From: Candidatus Phoenicimicrobium oleiphilum
Lineage (GTDB): Bacteria; Atribacterota; Phoenicimicrobiia; Phoenicimicrobiales; Phoenicimicrobiaceae
Length of the DNA: 57,635 nt
NCBI GenBank assembly: GCA_039638295.1
Contig: JBDIWJ010000006.1
Location: 1 to 57,635, forward strand
Direction of reading: 5' to 3'
The notes below the pieces were generated by a model. That model ran no database searches. It had not been told where the DNA came from and saw only the letters and a list, made by a program, of their open reading frames with translations. Both the position numbers and the translations under genes were made by a program. Shown piece by piece: positions 49,784 to 57,392 of the stretch (its first letter is position 1; each line of letters begins with the position of its first letter).

Positions 49784-50416
49784 ATGTCTATTAATGTTAT
49801 AGCTATTGCAGGTAGTCATCGTAAGAATAGTAACACAGAGTTAGCTTTACAGATTATGTCTAAAAGATTATCCAAGATTGATATTGAGACTGAAATAATA
49901 ACTCTGGCTAACAAAAAGATTGAACATTGTCGGGCCTGTGATAATTGTAAAAGAACAAGGAAATGTCCTATTAATGATAACCTTGTGGAAATTATGGAGA
50001 AGATGATAACTGCTCAGGGAATTATCTTGGCCTGCCCCATATATAGTTTTAATATCACCCCCTTAATGCAAGACTTAATAACCCGGGGTAACCGATATTT
50101 TCATATCCTAGCTAAATCTGTCATTAAAGATGATTTTAATAATCCCGGTTTTACCTATAAAAATATCCCATATTCAGCTTTAAAAGGTAAAGTAGGAGCA
50201 GCCATAACTGTTGCACGTCGGGCAGGAGGTGGTATGGCTTTGTGGAATTTGAATAATTTTATGTTGGTTAATGAGATGCAAGTTGTGGGCTCTTGTTATG
50301 AGAATACAATTTTTGGAAACGAAAGAGGAGCAATAATAAAAGATATTGAGGGGATGAATAATCTTTATAGATTAACTGATAACTTTGGAATACTTTTGAA
50401 AAGATTATTTAGTTAA
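49784..50416 (+). CDS. Iron-sulfur flavoprotein (Isf)-like flavodoxin-fold protein 2
   Basis: GSHRKNSNT, CRACDNCKRTRKC, GIILACPIY and GKVGAAITVARRAGG. Confidence 0.82.
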   Translation: MSINVIAIAGSHRKNSNTELALQIMSKRLSKIDIETEIITLANKKIEHCRACDNCKRTRKCPINDNLVEIMEKMITAQGIILACPIYSFNITPLMQDLITRGNRYFHILAKSVIKDDFNNPGFTYKNIPYSALKGKVGAAITVARRAGGGMALWNLNNFMLVNEMQVVGSCYENTIFGNERGAIIKDIEGMNNLYRLTDNFGILLKRLFS

Positions 50417-50529
50417 AATTTGCATGAATAATGAATAATAACAATTTTAAAATGGAAAGGATTTAGGATGTAATTATTTTTGTTCAGTGAAAAAATATTT
50501 TACCCAAGTAAAAAAAATAAAAATGTTAT

Positions 50530-50579
50530 TTGACAAATAAAATTGTTTTTGTTAAAATATAATGTGAAAGGTGTTCACA
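50530..50579 (+). promoter_or_regulatory. IclR gene promoter and operator copy 2 (TGTGAAA-GGT-GTTCACA)
   Basis: TTGACA (50530-50535), 17 bp, TG-n-TAAAAT (50553-50558); palindrome 50563-50579 covers the expected +1. Confidence 0.78.
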
Positions 50580-50596
50580 AATAAAGGATTTAAAAA

Positions 50597-51358
50597 ATGA
50601 CTGAAAAAAGGAAAAATATTAATATAAGGCGAGTAGCGCAAGTATTAAAATGTTTTACTCAAAAACCAAATGGCTGGGGGATAACTGAACTTGCCTCTCA
50701 TTTAGGATTAGCAAAAAGTGTAATTTTTGAAATTTTAAATACCTTATGTGAAGAAGGTTTACTAGAAAAAGACAAAGATAAAAAAATATATCTTTGTGGA
50801 GATGAACTATTAAAACTTGCCTTAGCCCATTATGGTAATGTAGATTTAGTCAAAGTTAGTAGGCCAGTATTAAAAAACTTAGCTAAAGAAGTAGGAGAAA
50901 CAGTAATATTATCTCAAATAATTGATAATAGAAATATAATTATAGAAAAAGTTGATGGACCACAACCCCTCCGTTTTACCTTAGATATTGGGACAGAATT
51001 GCCGTTAGATAAAGGATCTTCAGCAAGGATATTTTTAGCTTTTTTACCAGATGAGAAGAAAAAAGAGGTAATAGATAAATATAAAATAGATATGAGCAAA
51101 TTAAAAGAGGAGTTGGAAATAGTAAGAAAGAGAGGATTTGCCATCAGCAAAGAAGAAGTGTATCCTGGGGTAAATGCTATATCTGTTCCAATCTTAAATA
51201 ATTATAATGAATTAGTAGCAGTCCTGGGTGTAGGTGGGCCGAACATTCGTTATAATAAAGAAAATGAACAAGGTAAATATAAATTAATATCAAAAATATT
51301 AGCTGCTGGTGAAAAAATTTCTGCCCAAATAGGGTTTTTAAAGTGGGAATGGTCGTAA
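50597..51358 (+). CDS. IclR-family transcriptional regulator
   Basis: GITELASHLGLAKS..F.IL.TL HTH, GETV, and RKRGFAIS.EE...G..AISVPI effector domain. Confidence 0.92.
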   Translation: MTEKRKNINIRRVAQVLKCFTQKPNGWGITELASHLGLAKSVIFEILNTLCEEGLLEKDKDKKIYLCGDELLKLALAHYGNVDLVKVSRPVLKNLAKEVGETVILSQIIDNRNIIIEKVDGPQPLRFTLDIGTELPLDKGSSARIFLAFLPDEKKKEVIDKYKIDMSKLKEELEIVRKRGFAISKEEVYPGVNAISVPILNNYNELVAVLGVGGPNIRYNKENEQGKYKLISKILAAGEKISAQIGFLKWEWS

Positions 51359-51380
51359 TGGATTATTATGCCAAATTAAT

Positions 51381-51428
51381 GAAACTCCTCGCAGCAGAGC
51401 TGCGGGGAATGAACCCTAAGAGATTCAA
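51381..51428. repeat. GC-rich hairpin resembling an IS200/IS605-type end or MITE scar
   Basis: GAAAC-TCCTCGCAGC-AGA-GCTGCGGGGA-AT in an otherwise AT-rich spacer. Confidence 0.45.
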
Positions 51429-51510
51429 TAGATAAATGACTAAATGACTAATTGTGCAACAAATTAATATAAAAAAGTTAAAAAGTTTGTTATTTTTTTT
51501 AAGATGACGA

Positions 51511-51527
51511 TGTGAACGTTGTTTACA
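51511..51527 (+). promoter_or_regulatory. Operator copy 3 (TGTGAAC-GTT-GTTTACA) upstream of the glycyl-radical operon
   Basis: Matches the palindromes at 43831 and 50563; ~50 bp upstream of the activase ATG. Confidence 0.72.
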
Positions 51528-51576
51528 AAAATGATATTTGCAATATTTGATAAATAAATGTAATGAGGAGTAACAA

Positions 51577-52515
51577 ATGCTTAAAATTCCTTTAATTACT
51601 GAAATACAGAGGTACTGTGCTAATGATGGTCCCGGAATAAGAACCGTAATATTTTTTAAAGGTTGTAGTCTAAATTGCCCCTGGTGTCATAATCCTGAAT
51701 GCAAATCCCCAAAAGTAGATATTTACTACCATGAAGATAAGTGCCAACATTGTGGAAGGTGTATTGAAAATTGTCCTCAAGGAGCAATAAGTTGGAGGTC
51801 CCCCAAAAAAGAAGCTATTTTAATAGATAAAGAAAAATGTAATAAATGTCTAAAGTGTGTCGAAGGCTGTCCGTTTAAAGCCTTAGAAAAAGTAGGACAA
51901 GCTTTGGCTTTTGAGCAAATTGTTGATGAAGCACTAAGAGACAAACCTTTTTATGAAACCTCAAATGGCGGAGTCACCCTAAGCGGGGGCGATCCTTTAT
52001 TCTTCCCGGAATTTAGCCTTAAATTATTAAAGAAATTCAAAGCCGAAATGATCCATACCGCAGTAGAAACTTCTGGGTATAGTAAATGGGAAATTTTAAA
52101 GGAAATAACGAAATATACAGATTTATTCTTGTATGACCTAAAGTGTATGGATTCAATTAAACATAAAGATGTTATCGGGGTAGATAACAGACTGATTTTA
52201 GATAATCTAAAAAGATTGTCCGCTCTAAAAGCAAATATCAGGATTAGAGTCCCGGTTATTCCCAGATTTAATGATAATAAAGAAAATTTTAGTCTGATGG
52301 TTGATTATCTTCAAGCCCTTCAAAATCCGACAATAGCAGTCGATCTTTTGCCTTTCCACAATTCTGCAGAGAAGAAATACACCCAATTAGGTTTAAATTA
52401 TATCTATAGAGGTGAACCATTTATGGAAAAGGAACAGGTAGAGTGGATTGAGAATTTTTTGGAAAAGAATAATATTACCACTACTATTGGTGGGCTTATT
52501 GGCGTCGAAAAGTAA
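51577..52515 (+). CDS. Glycyl-radical enzyme activating enzyme (BssD-like radical SAM protein with ferredoxin insert)
   Basis: KIPLITEIQRY..NDGPGIRT, CxxxCxxC (CSLNCPWC), two CxxCxxCxxxC motifs, GVTLSGGDP and a BssD-like C-terminus TTIGGLIG. Confidence 0.93.
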   Translation: MLKIPLITEIQRYCANDGPGIRTVIFFKGCSLNCPWCHNPECKSPKVDIYYHEDKCQHCGRCIENCPQGAISWRSPKKEAILIDKEKCNKCLKCVEGCPFKALEKVGQALAFEQIVDEALRDKPFYETSNGGVTLSGGDPLFFPEFSLKLLKKFKAEMIHTAVETSGYSKWEILKEITKYTDLFLYDLKCMDSIKHKDVIGVDNRLILDNLKRLSALKANIRIRVPVIPRFNDNKENFSLMVDYLQALQNPTIAVDLLPFHNSAEKKYTQLGLNYIYRGEPFMEKEQVEWIENFLEKNNITTTIGGLIGVEK

Positions 52516-52551
52516 AGAAAAAAGAGTAATAAAAAGTAAGGAGGTGGGGAG

Positions 52552-52725
52552 ATGGCTGTTTGCAAAGAATGTAAAAATTTTAAACCATTAAAACAGAGTG
52601 ATTTGGATTATGCGAAAGGTAAAGGTGATTGTTTTTTACCTCAACAGGATGAAAAATGCAAATATTGGACAGCAAAACCAGTTAAGGAAGATATGACAGC
52701 ATGTGATAGATTTGAGAAAAAGTGA
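52552..52725 (+). CDS. Fumarate-adding enzyme gamma subunit (BssC-like, 57 aa; not in the ORF track)
   Basis: Strong SD AAGGAGGTG. MAVCKECKNFKPLKQSDLDYAKGKGDCFLPQQDEKCKYWTAKPVKEDMTACDRFEKK matches the BssC pattern CxxC..F.P....DY..GK.DC....DEK.KYW..KP.......C..F. Confidence 0.88.
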   Translation: MAVCKECKNFKPLKQSDLDYAKGKGDCFLPQQDEKCKYWTAKPVKEDMTACDRFEKK

Positions 52726-52777
52726 TTTAGTTCTATAAAATGTTTATTAACAAAAAATAGGAGGTTAAGAGGTTAAA

Positions 52778-55249
52778 ATGAAAAATATCACAGAAAAAGA
52801 TAAACAAGATGAATTGATTAAACCGATGACTGAGCGAGCAAGAAAATTAAAAGATACTCTCTGGTGGAAGCATACCAGAGGAGGAGAATACGTCGAAAAG
52901 GGAGTTAAGGCAGGAATAGAAAGAGCCAGATATATGACCCAATCTTTTAAAGAGACCGATGGTGAAGAGTGGGTAATAAGAAGAGCGAAAGCCCTGGCTA
53001 ATGTGTTAGATAATATGACTATCTTTATAAAGGACCACGAGCTGTTAGTGGGTGATCATGCTGAGAAGCCCAACCTTATGCCCATCTATCAGGAAAGTAA
53101 CTATTTTTTAAATATTGATTTATTAAATAGTCCATATTGTCCTGATGAAAAAGAAGAATTTAGAGAAATTGCAGAATGGTGGAAGCCCCATACTATTCAA
53201 ACTAAAGCGGAAAAATATATCGACGAAGAGGAAAAAGAACTTCAGAGCGCTAATGCATCAATGGAATCCCCGGGCTATTTGACTGGTTATTCAAGTCCTA
53301 CTCCTTCTTACGAAAGTGTATTCGAAGATGGTTTAGAAGGTAGAATTGAGCGTATAGAGAAAAAACTAAAAGAAGCCCAAGATGAATTTCTACACCAAAA
53401 TCCCTGGAATGGACCGGAAGCTATGACTTTGCCCAAAAAGATGGATGAGTGGAAGGCAATGTTAATTGCCGATAAAGCCGTAATAAGATGGGCAAAAAGG
53501 TATGCCAGGTTAGCAAGATATATGGCTGAAGAAGAGAAAAATCCCAAAAGAAAAGAAGAACTTTTGATGATTGCTGATATATGTGACCATGTACCGGCAA
53601 AACCCTGTCGGGGTTTTAGAGATGCAGTGCAAGCCCAATGGTTTACCTATCTGATTGTTCAATCTTTAGAGCGTTATGGAAGTGGGATGTCCTGCAAGAT
53701 GGATACAATGTGGTGGCCCTATTATAAGAGAAGTGTTATAGATAAGGCAGAACAACCTATGACCAGAGAAGAAGCAGTAGAGCTGGTAGTTTTGCATAGA
53801 TTAAAAGTTTCAGAACATGGAGTTATAAAGAGTAGATTGTATAGGGAAATTCATGCTGGGGCAAACGACCTCTTTATTATTACTATCGGAGGCGTAGAAC
53901 CAGATGGCAGTAATGGTTGCAACGAGTTAACTAATGTTATATTAGAAGCAGCAGCAACTGCGATGACTACTGAGCCATCATTAGGACTTAGATGGCACGA
54001 AAATATGCCTGAGCTAACTGCTCGTTATGCCTATGAATGTATAAAAAGAGGACTGGGTTTCCCCTCAATTAAAAATGATGAAGTTGCAATCAATTCACTA
54101 GTACAGGGTTTTGGAAGTGGCACGCTTTCCATACAAGATGCCAGGAGATGGGCTTTGTGTTTATGTATGTCTCCGGGACCAACAGGAAGACATGGTGGTT
54201 TGAGAACGAGGTGGGCTTGTTCCTCTTATACTGGAAAGTGTCTAGAATTAGCTCTAAGTGATGGTTATGATTATTCTTACACCGATATGCAATTAGGACC
54301 AAAGACCGGAGATCCTACTAAGTTTAAAACCTTTGATGATTTACTGCAGGCTTACAAAATTCAATACCAATATGTTCATTCGGCAATTACCAGGTCCAGA
54401 GATCTAACCAGATATTTAGAAGCAAAGTTCTACCAATCTCCATTTTTATCCAGTCTTGATGATGAGTGTGTGGAGAGAGGTCTCGATGGTATTGAATGGG
54501 ACGAATTCTGTAATCCTTGGTTTAACGTAATGGATGATGTGGTAGTAGCAGACTCCTTAGCTGCGGTAAAAAAATTGGTCTTTGAAGAGAAGAAATATAC
54601 TATGGAACAGTTAGTAAAGGCTCTTCGGGCAAATTGGGAAGGTTATGAAGAGATGAGATTGGACTTTTGGAATGCGCCAAAATGGGGGAATGATGATGAT
54701 TACGTAGACGATGTAACAAAAAATTTATTTAGATATCATTCCCTTGAACTTCAACAGAATACCAATCTTTTTGGAGCTCATCCCAAACCACTTCCCCAAC
54801 ATGTAGCAATATATTGGACTTTAGGACCAAGGATTGGAGCAACTCCTAATGGAAGGAGACATGGAGAGGTATTAGATGATGGAGGAAGCTCACCATATAT
54901 TGGTTGTGACAAAAAGGGACCAACCGCGGTTTTAAATTCCTGCGCAAAGATCGACTATAGCTTGCAAAAGGGTTGTCTACTTAATCAAAAGTTAGATCAT
55001 AATGTGATGAACAGCGATAAAGGTTTTCCATTATGGTTTGCCTATATGAAAACCTGGCACAAGCTGGGTATAGATCATGTACAGTTTAACGTATGTGACC
55101 ATGAACAATTGAGAGATGCTCAAAAGCATCCGGAGAAATATCCGGATTTGATTGTTAGAGTTGCCGGTTATAGTGCAAGATTTATAGACCTTTCAGTATA
55201 TGCTCAAGATACTATCATTGCTCGGACAGAACAAGAATTAGCCGGATAA
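52778..55249 (+). CDS. Fumarate-adding glycyl-radical enzyme alpha subunit (BssA-like, divergent)
   Basis: Cys loop LCMSPG (Cys463), Gly loop RVAGYSA (Gly797), YREI..G.NDLF, IDHVQFN and IIARTEQ; flanked by an activase and small Cys-rich subunits. Confidence 0.9.
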   Translation: MKNITEKDKQDELIKPMTERARKLKDTLWWKHTRGGEYVEKGVKAGIERARYMTQSFKETDGEEWVIRRAKALANVLDNMTIFIKDHELLVGDHAEKPNLMPIYQESNYFLNIDLLNSPYCPDEKEEFREIAEWWKPHTIQTKAEKYIDEEEKELQSANASMESPGYLTGYSSPTPSYESVFEDGLEGRIERIEKKLKEAQDEFLHQNPWNGPEAMTLPKKMDEWKAMLIADKAVIRWAKRYARLARYMAEEEKNPKRKEELLMIADICDHVPAKPCRGFRDAVQAQWFTYLIVQSLERYGSGMSCKMDTMWWPYYKRSVIDKAEQPMTREEAVELVVLHRLKVSEHGVIKSRLYREIHAGANDLFIITIGGVEPDGSNGCNELTNVILEAAATAMTTEPSLGLRWHENMPELTARYAYECIKRGLGFPSIKNDEVAINSLVQGFGSGTLSIQDARRWALCLCMSPGPTGRHGGLRTRWACSSYTGKCLELALSDGYDYSYTDMQLGPKTGDPTKFKTFDDLLQAYKIQYQYVHSAITRSRDLTRYLEAKFYQSPFLSSLDDECVERGLDGIEWDEFCNPWFNVMDDVVVADSLAAVKKLVFEEKKYTMEQLVKALRANWEGYEEMRLDFWNAPKWGNDDDYVDDVTKNLFRYHSLELQQNTNLFGAHPKPLPQHVAIYWTLGPRIGATPNGRRHGEVLDDGGSSPYIGCDKKGPTAVLNSCAKIDYSLQKGCLLNQKLDHNVMNSDKGFPLWFAYMKTWHKLGIDHVQFNVCDHEQLRDAQKHPEKYPDLIVRVAGYSARFIDLSVYAQDTIIARTEQELAG

Positions 55250-55265
55250 CAAGAAAAGTTAAATA

Positions 55266-55310
55266 GTGAGATGATGGTTTTATTATAAAAATTAATAACC
55301 ATCATCTCAC
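55266..55310 (+). other. Strong intra-operon hairpin between the alpha and beta genes
   Basis: GTGAGATGATGGTT / AACCATCATCTCAC 14-bp perfect stem with no following U-tract. Confidence 0.7.
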
Positions 55311-55366
55311 ATGTGGAATTCAATTAAAATATGTAAAACTATAAAAAATTATTTACGGAGGAAAAT

Positions 55367-55585
55367 ATGGAAAATAAAGAGAAAACTTGTAAAGATTGTA
55401 AATATTTTATGGTTGCACCTACGAATCCTTTTAAAGGAACTTGCACAGTAAATAGAAAGAAATTACCAGATACCCAAGCTACCTCAACATTTATTCCTGG
55501 CAAGTTAATCAAAGGAGATAATCCGAAATGTGATAAGTTTGAGCCATCTAGCGGCTGGGAAGATAATATTACACAGACACTTTAA
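55367..55585 (+). CDS. Fumarate-adding enzyme beta subunit (BssB-like, 72 aa)
   Basis: SD GGAGG. CKDCKY...PTNP.KG.CT.NR...C..F matches the BssB pattern CxxCK....PT.P..G.CT.NR. Confidence 0.82.
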   Translation: MENKEKTCKDCKYFMVAPTNPFKGTCTVNRKKLPDTQATSTFIPGKLIKGDNPKCDKFEPSSGWEDNITQTL

Positions 55586-55625
55586 TTTGATGGGTTAAAT
55601 TAAAAAATAAGGAAAGGGGTAAAAA

Positions 55626-55805
55626 ATGGAAAATATATTTGATAAAATGGTTTGTAAAGATTGTGATTTATTTCAACCAGACGTTGAAGATAAGGAGAAG
55701 GGATATTGTTGGAAAATAATGTCTGTGAAGGATAAGAAAGTTGTTTCTGCAAATGATGGATGCCCATCATTCCGTCCCAAAATAGATTTTTTTGCTAAAA
55801 AATGA
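55626..55805 (+). CDS. Third small 4-Cys protein of the BssB/BssC type (59 aa; not in the ORF track)
   Basis: SD-like AAGGAAAGGGG. MENIFDKMVCKDCDLFQPDVEDKEKGYCWKIMSVKDKKVVSANDGCPSFRPKIDFFAKK shares CxxC..F...(K)G.C...C..F spacing with the two neighbouring subunits. Confidence 0.75.
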   Translation: MENIFDKMVCKDCDLFQPDVEDKEKGYCWKIMSVKDKKVVSANDGCPSFRPKIDFFAKK

Positions 55806-55809
55806 ACTA

Positions 55810-56038
55810 TAATTTTGTAGATGGTGCTCAGGGGGACTGCTCGAATTCTAGCGGTGCTGCCGTAATTAGCCGAATACTCAAATATACTTAAGACGTTCTT
55901 TATATATCTGTATAGTTTTTAGGTACTTATCTAATAAATCACTTGAAAATGGGTATATAAAAAATAAAAAAAGGGGGTGGTAAATTAGTTAATTATCAAA
56001 TATTGTTAATTTGTTAAGTAAAACAACATAGTGATTAA
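55810..56038 (+). repeat. Direct repeat copy 1: cyclase 3'-end remnant plus downstream leader
   Basis: 55810-55867 is almost identical to 57081-57137 (one extra G, one substitution); 55934-56038 is similar to 57226-57337. Confidence 0.88.
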
Positions 56039-56232
56039 TTGATTTAAAAAAATATTAAGGGAACTATACAAAATTATTGAAAATACTCAAAACATAATTA
56101 AAAGATCAGGTGCTTAGATAATATCTATAAATGAGCTAATAAATCAAACTAAATGCTAATTCGAGAAAAGAAATAAGAATGATATAGTGTTTGAAAAAGC
56201 TCAAAGTATTTTAATAGGGAAGGAGGTAAAAA

Positions 56233-57135
56233 ATGAGAATGAGGAAGATAATAACAAGCGGTTTGATATGCATGCTAATATGCCTTCTTATAATAGGCGT
56301 AGCTTTATGTACCTCTTCAGAAGCAAATTGGACGATAAAGTTAGGGGCTACGAATGTTATTGATTTGAGCTATCCACTTTACAAAAATAATGAAGGTATG
56401 AGCATGTCCGATGTTTATATTCCTCTCGATATTCGTGATGAGATTACATTGGGTAGTAAGACCATCCCTTTCCCCGCAACTGTAGATGACAATGGTTATC
56501 CAGTAAATGGTTTCTATGCTAGGGAGATATATGGAATGCTTGAAGGGCATGGTACGCATGTTGAGGCTTCTTCTCATGGTTTTGGAGAGCTTGGTCGTAA
56601 TATTGACGACTATCCTTTATCACGTTTTATCGGTCCTGCCGTGGTTATAAATATTGAAGCTAAAGCAGTAAAAAACCCAGATTATGAGATAACGGTTGAA
56701 GATCTTCGTGTGTGGGAGAAGAAATATGGGAAGATACCTGATGGTGCTTGCGTTATACTTTTCTCTGGAAGGGGTAAATATTGGGGAGACAAAGAAACTT
56801 ATTTTGGTATGGATGCAGAAGGGAAGGCCCATTACCCTGGTTTTTCAATAGAGGCGGCTAAATTTCTTGTGAAGGATCGACACATTAGTATGATGGCTAC
56901 AGATTGCCCGACAGCTGAAAGCGCTCTTCAAAAGAGGACTATCAAGACAGAGCGTGCGTTTGGATCAGCTCCTGTACGTGATATAGTGCAGTGTCCCCCC
57001 AATGATGTGATCATAATTGAGTATTTAGCTAATGTTGAGAAGCTTCCTGAAAGCGGGGCACTTATTATCGCCGCTCCAATTAATTTTGTAGATGGTGCTC
57101 AGGGGACTGCTCGAATTCTAGCGGTGCTGCCTTAA
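56233..57135 (+). CDS. Exported cyclase-family metal-dependent hydrolase (kynurenine formamidase / isatin hydrolase-like)
   Basis: Hydrophobic signal peptide; IDLSYP, variant motif EGHGTHVEASSH, IGPAVVI, HYPGFS.EAA.FL, IIEYLAN and ARILA. Confidence 0.82.
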   Translation: MRMRKIITSGLICMLICLLIIGVALCTSSEANWTIKLGATNVIDLSYPLYKNNEGMSMSDVYIPLDIRDEITLGSKTIPFPATVDDNGYPVNGFYAREIYGMLEGHGTHVEASSHGFGELGRNIDDYPLSRFIGPAVVINIEAKAVKNPDYEITVEDLRVWEKKYGKIPDGACVILFSGRGKYWGDKETYFGMDAEGKAHYPGFSIEAAKFLVKDRHISMMATDCPTAESALQKRTIKTERAFGSAPVRDIVQCPPNDVIIIEYLANVEKLPESGALIIAAPINFVDGAQGTARILAVLP

Positions 57136-57337
57136 TTTCCTAACAACCGCCAAGACCACTAAATAATAATTTAATATAATTAGGAGTTTATTTATATACC
57201 TACATAATTGTTAGATATTTTGGTGATAAATTACTTGATAGTGGGTGTATAAAAAAATAAAAGAAAAAAAGGGGGTTGGTAAATTGGTCAATTATCAAAT
57301 ATTGTTAATTTGTTAAGTAAAACAGCATAGTGATTAA
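57081..57337 (+). repeat. Direct repeat copy 2
   Basis: Pairs with 55810-56038. Confidence 0.88.
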
Positions 57338-57392
57338 CTAATTGCAAGTTTATAGTAAAATGGAAGAAAATGTTTAAGGAGGTTTAAAAAAA

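Noticed and set aside
43831-51527. Palindromes as Rex, CRP/FNR or Gram-positive LexA boxes
   Set aside because: The spacer is one base off each consensus in all three copies, and one copy sits on the IclR gene's own promoter.
52778-55249. Calling the glycyl-radical enzyme PFL, choline TMA-lyase, diol dehydratase or 4-hydroxyphenylacetate decarboxylase
   Set aside because: The Cys loop is LCMSPG rather than CC or GCxE, and the flanking genes match BssC/BssB/BssD patterns.
51577-55585. Assigning the symbols bssDCAB (toluene activation)
   Set aside because: Pocket residues, the beta tail and gene context differ from toluene systems; the substrate is not supported by sequence.
79-56832. Numerous antisense or nested ORFs in the track (e.g. 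79..357, 5870..6172, 24465..24953, 44270..44761, 56341..56577)
   Set aside because: They are shadows of well-supported genes on the opposite strand or in another frame.
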